Below are positions 23,701 to 33,945 of a stretch of DNA of 64,000 nt, piece by piece. The DNA is from Cyanophora paradoxa CCMP329 (taxonomy: Eukaryota > Plantae > Glaucophyta): assembly GCA_004431415.1 (NCBI GenBank), contig QPMI01000409.1:434001-498000 (forward strand), read 5' to 3'. Position 1 is the stretch's first letter, and each line of letters opens with the position of its first letter. A model generated the notes under the pieces. It worked only from the letters and a program-made list of their open reading frames with translations, did no database searches and was not told the origin of the DNA. A program made the translations under genes and the position numbers.

Positions 23701-25387
23701 CGCGCCGCCACCAGGTGCGCGGGGGCCCGCCCCGGCCCCCGCCCCCGCCGGCCTCCTCCGAGCGGCGCGGGGCGGCGCGGGGCAGGGAGCTGGCGGAGAA
23801 GAGGAAGGCGGCGGGGGAGGCTGCGGCGGGGGCGAAGCGGGCGCGGGAGGAGGCGCGGCGGGCGGAGGGGCGGCTGCCGGGCGCGGCCCCGACGAGGAGG
23901 CGCTGGCGGGGCTCGTGCGGGGGCGGCGGGAGGAGGCGGCGGCGCTGCAGGCGGCGGCGGCCTCGGGGGCCGGGGGCGGGCGCGAGGCGAACGGCCTCCG
24001 CATGCGGGACGCCGGCCTCCAGCGCTTCATGGCGACCGTCGCGCAGTCGCCGCCCCGCGGGTGCGGCCCCCCTCCCTCCCAGCGGGCAGCAGAGGGCTGA
24101 GAGGGGCTGCGGGGGGCCTGCAGGTTCCTGGGCTTCGTGTTCAGCCTGCTGCGGGTGGACGACGACCGGGAGGCGGAGGCCCTCGCCTGCTTCCTCGGCC
24201 CCAACGCCCAGGCCCGCCCCCGCCCCGCCCGCCCCCGCCCCGCCCGCCTCGCCCCTCCCCGCTGAGGCCGGGGCGGGCGCAGACGGCAGTGTTCCAGGAG
24301 GACCGCGACGCGCGGTCCTTCGAGCAGAACAACTGGCGCGCCGGCTCTGGGCCTGACCCGCCCCCCGGCGTCTCGTCACACCGCTGCGCCGCGCGTCGCG
24401 CAGGTACTCGGGGCTGCGGATCCTCGCGCTGGGCTCCCTCACCGACGACGCCTTCCTCCCCGCCAGCCGCGTCGACCCCGCCTCCCCGCAGCAGGCCCGC
24501 CCCCGCGGCCCCCGGAGCCGAGCCTCGCCCTCCCGCTCGCCCCACTCACGCGCCCGCTCGCGCGCAGCTCATCCGCTTCTCGACGCCGGCGCCGCCGGGC
24601 TCCTCGTACCTGATCAACAGGGTGCAGCTCGCCGACCCCTCCCTGCGCCGGTGCGCCCCCCGCGCCGCCTCCGCCCCAGGAGAGTGGCAGTGGCCCTCCC
24701 GTCGTGAACCTGGCGCGCGGGCAGGACGCTGGTGTGGTACCTGGTGCGGGACACGCTGTGCGTGGAGAGCCTGGAGGAGCGGCACCGCCTCGTCGACGAG
24801 CACTGGCGCGGCAAGCAGGCCCTCAACGTGCGCCCCGCCCCGCAGCCCCCTCCCCGCCCCGGCTCCCTTGGTGCGACGCGCCGGCCGCGGGCAGGTGGTG
24901 GTCCTCCCGAGGGTGGACGGGGCCGGCCGCGTCGACCCCGCCTCCGTCCGCGTCTTCCGCCGGAACGCCATCCGCAGGCCCGCCCCCGCGCGAGCCGCAG
25001 GCTCCTTGCGCTGCTGACGGGCGGCGGGGGCGCAGGACGGGCCCGCCGGAGCCGGCGCGGGTGACCCTGGGGCGGAGCCGGACGGCGGCGCAGGAGGCGG
25101 CCGAGCGCCTCGCGGAGGTGGGCCGCCAGCTCGAGGCCCTCGAGGCGGTGCAGCGGCGGCGCGAGGAGGCGGCGCGGGCGGCGGCGGCGCAGCAGCGGGC
25201 GGAGGCGGAGGCGGCGGCGGCGCAGGAGCGGGCGCGGGCGCTCGAGAAGGAGCGGGACGCCGCCGAGGGCGAGCTGCGCGCCCTCGCGGGGCAGGCGCCC
25301 CGCGGCACCGTCGCGGGGCCCTCCGCTGGGACCTCGGCCTCGGGCCCCGGGGGCACGAAGCGGCCCCGCTCGACGGACGCCGCCTAG
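14721..25387 (+). CDS. SMCHD1/GMI1-like protein: N-terminal GHKL ATPase, long beta-rich middle, coiled coil and SMC hinge; many exons
   Basis: GHKL motifs FEVALSELI|DNSLEAT, IEISDDG|YGMS, SEFSR|FGIGAKSAIFFFG; ETYHFYLHG; LKYFPVAKNRETVP; CWPRIRGFLFLSSEFEPQSHK, all parallel to recalled SMCHD1 blocks. Hinge-like FLGFVFSLLRVDDDREAEALACFLG...YLINRVQL...TLVWYLVRDTLCVESLEE is flanked by coiled coils. The C-terminus has an NLS-like KRPR. Confidence 0.85.
20506..20560 (+). repeat. (GCCCC)11 pentanucleotide microsatellite inside an intron
   Basis: Eleven perfect GCCCC units. Shorter arrays of the same unit occur in many introns across the window. Confidence 0.9.
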
Positions 25388-26219
25388 GGCGCCCCCGCCG
25401 CGCTCGCAGCGTGCAGCGTGCATACCGCAGTATTGGGGCATGTCGTATTGCGTTGTACCCCCTGTACCCCTGTTCAAGACGTGCCCCCTTTCCCGGCGTA
25501 CTCAGCGGCACCTGTACATGTCGCGCCGCCTCCCCGATATCGATGTTCTCCGAATTCGGCGCAGTTTCGCCTTCGAACCGCGTCTGCGCCCTGATATTGA
25601 TGTGGTGTTGCTGTACATGTCACGGTGTAGTATTGTTGAGGCTATTGATGCAGGGAATTGAACGACGGCCGCGGGCGGCATTCGGCCTATGGGCAAGTGC
25701 CGCAGTGCATCGCGCCGTGACGCCTCACGATTCAATCGCCTTAAGCCTTGAAGCCGAAGCTCCCTGTGGCCCCCCCCGCTGTGGACTCCAGATCTCGACT
25801 CCTGCAGCTGCAGCAGCAGCAGTACTCAGAGAGCCTTGCAAGTTGGAGCTCTAGATCTTGAATGAAATTTTGGGGAGGGACATCATGATCATGATCAATT
25901 CATGATCAGGGCCTCTTTCCCCTTTGCAATTAAGGGGTGTCCAAATTTAACGAAATCTCCAGGTTGTCGACGTCATAATCACGGCGCCCCGGCATGCCAC
26001 TTGAACGCGTTGCTAGCTATCTAAGACCGCGCGCGCACTGCCTGTCGAAGATTACTCATTGCAAGCAACGATCGCGACGCACACGTGATCATGATCATGT
26101 CGCGTGAGGGAAAAAACACCACAGCTAGATCTAAGGCCGCACTAGTACTGCCTGTCGAGAATAAGTTGTGAATAGATTCGCCGAAGGCTGGGTCAACGTC
26201 GTCCTGGGCCCCCCAGGGC

Positions 26220-29200
26220 CTAGGCGAGGCCGGTGTTGCGGAGCTGCTGGCGGGAGTTCTCGAGGGTCGTCTCGACGTCCGCCAGCAGCCGCCCCCCCGC
26301 CTCGTCCAGCCGCCCCGCCCCCGCCTCCCCCCGCAGCAGCCCTGCCGCCTCCTGCGCACAGCACACAGGGCCGGGGGGGATCGGAGGTAGAATTGTAAAG
26401 GGGCAGGGCGGGGGACCTCGAGGTAGGCGAGGGCGCGGGCGTAGTCGGGCGGCTGGTGCTCCCCGGGTCCCACGTACCAAAACCACGCCGTCGCGTACAG
26501 CCCCGCCGCACGCTCCACGGGCCCCTGCCACCAACCGCGGGGCGGGCGAGGTCATGATCAAGCCGAGTGCAAGCTCAAGGCGAGGAGCTCTAGATCTGCG
26601 GGGCGGGGCGCACGCGGGCGGCGGCGGTGTAGGCGTCGAGCTCGCGGAGGGCCTCGCGGAGGCCGCCCTCCCCGAACTGCGGGTGCGCCAGCGCCAGCGC
26701 CCAGGGCGCCACCGCCTGCGCCCCCCGCCCCGCCCCGCGCGATCCACGATCGGCAAACCAGCGAGGCGCTGGCTACGGCGGCGGGGCGGGGTGGGGGCCG
26801 CGCCTGGACCACGCTGACGTGGTAGGGGCTGTGGTTGGCCCTGCGCGCGTGTCCCCGGTCGGCCTCGAGACCCGACGGCAAGAAAGGCGCAAAAAGGGGC
26901 CCTGGGGGCTGGCCCGTGGCCGCGGGGCGGGGCGGCGCACCGGCTGATGCGGAGCACTTCGGCGCGCTTCTCGCGGGCGCCCTCCGCGTCCGGCGGCGAC
27001 GCGCTCGCCATCGCCGTCGCCTGCCCGAACCAAAGCGGTGAGGAGCCGGCTGGCGGAAGAGGAGGGGGGGGTACGAGGGAGGCGAGGGCCGTGGCGGTGT
27101 TCGGGTGCGTGTCGCCGAAGAAGCGGCGGAAGAGCTGCGCGCGCACGCGGGGCCTCGTGGGCCCTCCTTCACGCGCCCCGCGCCCGCGCCCGCGCCCGCT
27201 CTCGATCGCGAGCGAGCGCACCGTCTCGCCGCGGCGCGCCGTGGCGAGGGCCTTGTGGTAGTCCCCCTGCACGGGCCCGGCGCGGACGCGTCAACAGGGC
27301 GTGAAAGGCCTAGGAGGAAGGGGTTGGGGAGGGGTGGGGGGGGGGGGGGGGGGAAGGGTGAAGGGGAGGGGATCGAAGGGAAAGGAAGGGGGCAGGGGCA
27401 AGCAGAGGGGAGAGAGGCTGGGGAGAAGGGGAAGGGTTCCGAGGGGGAGGGAAGGGAGGGCGCACGAGGGCGGTGTAGGATTGGCAGAGGTTGTTGCACG
27501 CGATGCCGACCTGCCCGCCCCCCGGACGTCAAGAACGCTGGGGGCGGGAGGGGGGCCGGGGGCCAGGGCGCGCCTCGAGGGACTCGGGCCCGTTGGCGGC
27601 CTCGAAGATGGCGAGCGCCCGCGACGTGTACTCCACAGCCTTCTGCTCCCCCCGGACCCTCTCGGTACTATAGCTAGACTAGACGAGGGCGGGGCGGGCG
27701 GGGGGCCGCGCCTGGGGCTCCTGGCGGTTGTCGCAGAGGGTGCCGAGGTTCGCCAGCACGATCGCCACCTTCGGGTGCTGCGGGCTCAGCAGCTGCGCGC
27801 CCCCGCGGCCCCGTCAGAGCAGAGAAGAAAATCCGGAGGCGTGGCGAGGGGGCCCGGCCTTGGAGAGGGTGCGGATGGCGCGGTCGAAGAGGCGCTCGGC
27901 CTCCTCGTGCTTCTCGGGGGCCACCCCCGGGCGGTGCAGCAGCGCCCCCAGGTTGTTCGCCGCCTGCCCGGCCCTCAGTCGATCTCGAAGCGTAGTGGGG
28001 GATAGAATTCCGGACTTGCGCACGTCAGCCGTGTCCACGTGCTCGGCCCCCAGCAGGCGCTCCCGCTCCTGGGCCGCCGGCGGCGCCTCAGGCGAGCAGA
28101 TTCGGGCGGAAGGTCGGCAATGCAGAGGAAGCGGGTCGGGGGTAATCGTAGGGGCGGGAATTCGGAAACTCGTTGCAGGGGAGGTAGGGGGTGGGGGGAG
28201 AAAGACAGGGGTGGGGGGGGGGGGGGGGGAAGGGCAAGGCGGGAGGGGCCGGGGATGCGGGGGGCGGGCCTGGAGCGCCATGCGGTAGAGCTGCTCGGCC
28301 TCCTCGTAGCCGCCCTCCGCCTCCAGCGCCCGCGCTGCCGGCGAGGCGCCCCTCACGAGCCCCTCTTCTCTGAGGCGGAAGGGGCGGGGCGGACCGAGCT
28401 CGCGGTAGGTGAGGGGCAGTTCGAGGTCGCGCTCCTTGGAGGGCGGCAGGGCGCGCTGCTCCTGCACCGCCCGCCGCAGCAGCGGCAGCGCCTCCCGGCT
28501 GAACCCCAGCTGCCGCCCCCGCCGAGTTCAGCTCGCTCCGAGGGCGGTCGGGGCGGCGAGTGCTGCGAGGCGGGCGCTCGCCTCGCGGACGATGGCGCCG
28601 GCGCTGCGGAGGAGGCGGGCGCGGCGCTCGGGCTCCAGCCCCCGCCCGCCCCCCGCTCGGCGCGGGCGATCGCCGCCGAGTAGGCCTCCGCCGCGTGCGC
28701 CTGCCCGGCGGCCGCCGCGGCCGATCGGCTCGACTGCAGCTGGCGGGCACGGGGCCGGGACGGGGCGGGGGGGGCGGGGCGGGCCTGGCGGGCGGAGGCG
28801 GTCCAGAGGCGGAGGAGCTCGGCGTCGTTGGTCTCGGGCGAGCGCAGCCGCTCCAGCACGTCCAGGTCCCCTGCGCGCCCCCTCGCAGACGTCAGCCGAG
28901 CACGACGCGGGCTCGAGCACGAACTCGATGTCCAGAACGCGGGCCTCACCGAGGATGCGGGCGAGGCCGTCGCCGTCGGCGGCCCCCTGAAAGGCGTGCG
29001 GCGCCTCCACCGCCCGCCGCTCCGACGCCGGCTGCGTCGCCAGATCAGAGGCTGCCCCGCGGCCGTCCCAAGGAGCGGGCCCGCACGCGCCTGGGTCTCC
29101 CACCAGCGCGCGAGGGCGGCGCACTGGGCCCGGCGGGCGTCCGGGTCTTCCAGTCCGCAGAAGGCCTCCGCCGCCTGCGCCCCCTGGAGTTCGATGCCGG

Positions 29201-30848
29201 CTACCTGGACTGAAAGGGAGCGGGGCCTGGGGCGCCACGCCTGCTGGGCGGCCTTGTGGTAGAATGCGAGGAGTCCGCCGCGGTCGACGAGGGCCCCCAC
29301 GGCCGCCGCCGCCCCCGTGAAGTCCGACCACGCCAGCGCCGACGCCGCGGGGAGCCCCGCCGCCCCGTGCCCGTGCCCGGGCCGCGGGTCGGCCCCCGCG
29401 CTCGCCCCGCCCACCGCCAGCAGCGACTTCAGCTCCCCCTCCGCCATCCCCTGCGCGAGCGGACGAGCCCGGCGCCTCAGCAGACTGGTGCGAGGGGGCC
29501 GGGGCGGCAGGGCGCGGCGCGGGGCGGGCCCGGCGGCTGCAGGCGACGGCGGCGAGGACGCCCTTGACGAGCGCCGGCCCGAAGTTGCCCGTCCACTTCT
29601 GGATCACAAGCTGCCCCGCGCACCGCGGGTCGGGGGGAAGAAGGACGGCGAGGGGAGGGGGGTACGGGGCGCACGAGGTAGAGGTCGGCCGGGGTACGGC
29701 GCTCCATGAGCGAGGCGAGCTGCGGGGCGGGGCCCGGGGGCGGCTCGCGAAGGGCAGCGCGGGGGAGGGGCGGGATGGCAGGCCAGGCCTAGGGGCGCGA
29801 GGAAAGGCCGGGGAGGCATGAAATGCAGCCTTTGCGGCCCTAGAGGCTGCAGCTGGGCGCGGGGGGCCGGGCCGGGGAGGGGCGGATGGCGCGCCTCGGC
29901 GGCCATGGTGTCGTGGGTGACGGCGCCCGAGGAGGTCAGGTACGAGAGCACCGTCGAGAGCCACAGCGCGTTCGCACTCTGCCCCGCCCCGCCACAGGCC
30001 TCAGAGGGCGGAGGATCCGAGGGGACCCGCGCGTGCTCAGGCGGGAGAAGGGCGGGATCAAGTGTGGACCTGGGGCTGGCGGGTGAGGCCGTCGAGGACG
30101 CTCTGGGGCGCGCTCTTCGCGAAGGCCTGCGCCCCGGGGGGGTTCTGGAGAGCAGAGGGGGGTCTGGAGGGGCGGGAGGGGGCGGGCGCCTTGAAGTGCT
30201 CGTGGACCATCTCCCGCCGCTCGGGCTCCGTGAAGGCCCGCACCTCTACGAAGCTGGGCCCCGGCACGTGAGCCCGCCTCTTGCCCTTCACGAGGGCCCG
30301 GCGCCGGGGGAGGGCGCATGCGCACTCGGGGGCCGGCTGCAGCTGCCTCACCGCATCCAGCGTGGGCCCTGCTCCCCGCGTAAATAAATCGGAGGAAACC
30401 CAGGTTGCAGACTTGAAACTTGAAAGGGGGGATCGGACCCTCGGTGGTGGAGAGGATGATGCGGACGCGGCCGGTGCAGCCGCTGGGGGGGAGGAAGAGG
30501 AGCGGGGCGGGGCCCGTCGTCGTCGCGTCCAGCTGGAGCTGCACAGGGGGCTCAGAGGGGGGGCCGGGGGGCGAGCCGGAAGGCGGGCGGGGCGTGCGGG
30601 CCTGGTCGAGGGCGTCGACGACGATGACGACGCGGGCGTTGTTGCGCGTCAGCCCCGGCGTCAGCGTGTCCAGCCACGCCTGAGGGCGATCTCAGAGGGC
30701 GAGAGGAGGAGGAATTGCAAGGGCCTAGGGGCCGGGCCACGCAGCGCACGCCGAACTGGAGGAGGAGGGCGCGGGAGTCGGCCCCCGGGGGCGACTCGAG
30801 GGCCGGCACCCAGTCCAGCCGCTTCCGCAGCGTCTCGTACACCCGCCT

Positions 30849-30881
<33 letters not shown>

Positions 30882-33649
30882 CGGGGGGGGGCGGGGCCGG
30901 GACCGGCGCACCGGATGAGGTTGGTGGCGAGGGAGGACTGCGACGTGCCCCCGCAGAAGTGCGCCACCTGCGCCCCGGCGGCCCGCCGGTGAGAGGCGGT
31001 GACGGGGCGGGAAGTGGAGGGGGTGCAGGGCCGGGGCGCGCGCGCCTCGATGTCGCGGGGGCCACGCTGGCGCCAGCGGGCCGCCCAGTTCGCCACCAGC
31101 GCTGCCGGCGGGGCCGGGGAGCTTCAGCGAGGGCAGAGGGCGATGCGGAGGGAGCTCGAGCGAAGGGGGAGGGGAGGGGCCGGGGGGCAGGGCGGACAGC
31201 TCTTGCCGACGCCGGAGGGCCCGGTGATGCAGAGGAGCTCGCGCCCCGCCGACTCCGCGTACGAGTCGATTTCCTGCGCGATCGCGCCCCGCCAAAGGCG
31301 ATCCGAGCTCGTCGGTCTCGAGCTCCCGGGCCCAGCGGGGCCGCAGGCGCCGCGCTAGAGCACGGCTCGAGGCGGCGGGGCGCGCGCACGGCGAGGGTCA
31401 TGATGCGGCCGACGAAGATGCGCCGCCGCACGTTCCCGAAGGCCTGCCCCGGGGCCGGGGGCGGCGCGTCAGGGGCTCGGCGGGGCGCGCTGCGGGGGGC
31501 GACGGCGGCGGCGGGGGCGGCGCGCCTCGTGGGCCTGCTCCTCCTCCTCGACCCAGCTCATCGGCTTGCGCCCCGAGCGGTCCCGCCGGATCATCTGCCC
31601 CCGCCCCGCCCCGCCTCGCAGGACCGCCCCCGCCCGAGGGGGCCCCGCGGGGGCGTGCGCGCCTCGGTGAGGTCCCTCTCGAGGGCCTCCGCGAGGTCCG
31701 CCTCCGAGTCGTACTCGGGGCCCACCCGCAGGCCCGCCCCCCTGCCCCCTCCTGAGAAGAAGGGCGCCTCTGGGAGGGGCGGGCGCGGGCACCGGATGGC
31801 GGCCTTGAGGGCGGCGAGCTGCTGGACTGCGTACTGCGATTCGGGGGCCTCCCCCTGCGCCCCGCCCCGCCCCCTCAGCTCCAGCGGGGCAGTTGAGCCC
31901 GCCGAGTCATCCGGGGACCTTGGCGCGCTCGCGGGCGAGCATGGCGGGGGAGGCGTAGTAGAAGAGCGACTTGCTCCGCGCCGCCTGCGCCGCCCCGCGC
32001 GCTCAGACATCGACCCGGGGCGCTGCGGTTGCGGGCGGGGCGGGGAGGGGCGCACCCCGGGGTCGAGGAGGGCCCCGCAGAGGATCTCCTGCTCGCCGAA
32101 CCCGGCGCCGGCGCCGCGTGAGCTGAATGCTCGGGCGGGCGGGGGGGGCGGGGGAGGGCCGGGCCATCTCGGTGACGGAGCGGCCGTCGCAGTCGCGGAG
32201 CCAGGGGAACTCGTCCAGCGCCAGCTCCACCGACCTGCCCCGCCCCGCCCTCGCTCAAGCCGCCTCCAGCCCCAGGCTCGCGTACAGGGCCCCGCGCACT
32301 TGTCGTACGACGCGTCCGAGGTGTTGGGCGGGCGGCACCAGCCTGCAGCCGCGCGCACGACGCTCGCGTTCGGGAGGGACGGATCGCGGCAGGGCGCGGG
32401 ACGGGACAGGCGCTGGCACCGTAGCGATCCTGCGGGGGGGTAAGCGAGTGGCGCCCCCTTCCAGCGCGCCGCGGGGGCGGGGGCGGGGGGGGGGGGGGGG
32501 GGAGGGGGGGAGGGGGGGGGACATGTGGGGGTTACCTTGAGGAAGGCCACGAAGTAGTCGCACTTGGCCACCTGGGGGAGAGGAACTTGAGGGGTACCGT
32601 TGGGGGAAAAGGGGGGGAGGAGGGAGGGGTGCGGATTGTACCTCGCGGAGGCACAACCTCACGACCTTGGTGAAAGCAGATTAGGCCCGCAAGACGGAAA
32701 GAGGAGGAGTGGGAAGGGAGGGGAAGGGAGAGGTGGGGGGGATGGGGGGGGGAGGGGGGTAGTCACGCGCACGTTGCCGGATTTTGCCTCCTCCTCCGTG
32801 ATACCCTGATCATGAAGGGAGGATTGGATGAGCGTGCAGAATGTGCCGCGGGGGGTACCGCACCCAGCGGAGGTCGACCTGCGGGCAGCGTGGTACACAC
32901 AGGTCAGCGGAGGGGGCAGGGGGATGGCTGCGGGGGTTATCGATGGGTGGGGTGGACGGGGGGTACGCGCCATGACGAGGAGAACACCTCGGGCCGCGCA
33001 CTCCGTCTGAGGAGCCGACCGGCGTGAGGACGAGAGGCAGGAAAGGGCCGCAGTGGGGACAGGCCCTCAGGATGGGGGGGCGGGCCTGCAGGCGGGGTAC
33101 GGCGGACGTGAAGATGACGCGGCGCTCCTCCTGCATGTCTCTGAACGTGGATGACAAAAACCTGCCAGCGGGCGGGCGGTGAGCGGGGCCGGCGGCCCCC
33201 GGGTGGGGCGCGGGCCGGGTGGCGTTAACGTTAGCTGCAGCTGCGGCGCACACGCGCAGGGTCCGGCTGTCGATCTGGCGCTTCTGGTACTCAGCCAGCC
33301 AGCCGGACGCGCGGCCGGGGACTTGCTTCTTGGGCAGGTTGATCGCTGGGCCGGGGCCCGCCTTGGGCCCCGAGGGCGGAGGAGGCGGAGGGACGGCGGG
33401 GCCGGCGCTCGGAGGGGGCGGCACGCGTACGGCGCCGATCGCGGGCGGCCTGGCGGGCCCCGCGGCCGGTGGCGGCGGAGGAGGAGCAACCGCCCGAACA
33501 GGAGCAGCTGCGACGGGCATCGCGTGCGCGGGAGTCGGCGCCGTGGCGAGGGACGGCTTCTCCGGCGCGTAAGCGCTGGAGCTGGCGGCTGTCGCGCTCA
33601 TCTCGTTCCGATGCCGACGCGCCTCCTCTTTCGAAGAGCAGCATCCCAT
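26220..33649 (-). CDS. DUF4062-NACHT-TPR STAND protein (nephrocystin-3-like architecture) with N-terminal acylation motif; multi-exon
   Basis: Starts MGCCSSK, followed by a Pro-rich linker. RVFLSSTFRDMQEER, VDLRW|GITEEE and GRSVTEM|EI fit DUF4062. Walker A LCITGPSGVGKS and Walker B VVIVVDALDQ. Kinesin-light-chain-type TPRs include LLGAEHVDTA...ANNLGALL and FFGDTHPNTATALASL. The last exon ends ...RNTGLA* at 26220. Confidence 0.8.
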
Positions 33650-33945
33650 GGCGGGGCCGGAAGAGGTGCGCTGCAGCTGCGGGGCCGGCAGTTACTGTGC
33701 TCTCTTGTGCCACGCGGCTCCGCTGTTGCTGCCGGATCGCCCAGTCGCTTTCTACACCGTTGTGCGATCGCTCAGCCTCGCCAGTGAGCCAGGAGCCAGG
33801 AGCCTCCCGGCCGCGGAGCTCGAGGGACTCGGAAGACTCGGATCGAAAGAACAATCCTTTCACAAAGGAAAAAAAGAGCAGGGGAGCCACCGAAGAGGGG
33901 TACAAGTGCATACTTTGTTCGCAGGGGTTACGCCCCGAAGCCAAG
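33650..33945. promoter_or_regulatory. Putative bidirectional promoter between NACHT-TPR gene and AIP1
   Basis: Divergent ATGs at 33649 (-) and 33946 (+). Confidence 0.45.

Noticed and set aside
30849-30891. Long poly-G runs (also near 32490, 58746, and poly-C near 62732 and 63479)
   Set aside because: They are intronic sense-strand C-tracts of the general intron type, with unreliable homopolymer lengths. They are not telomeric or separate elements.
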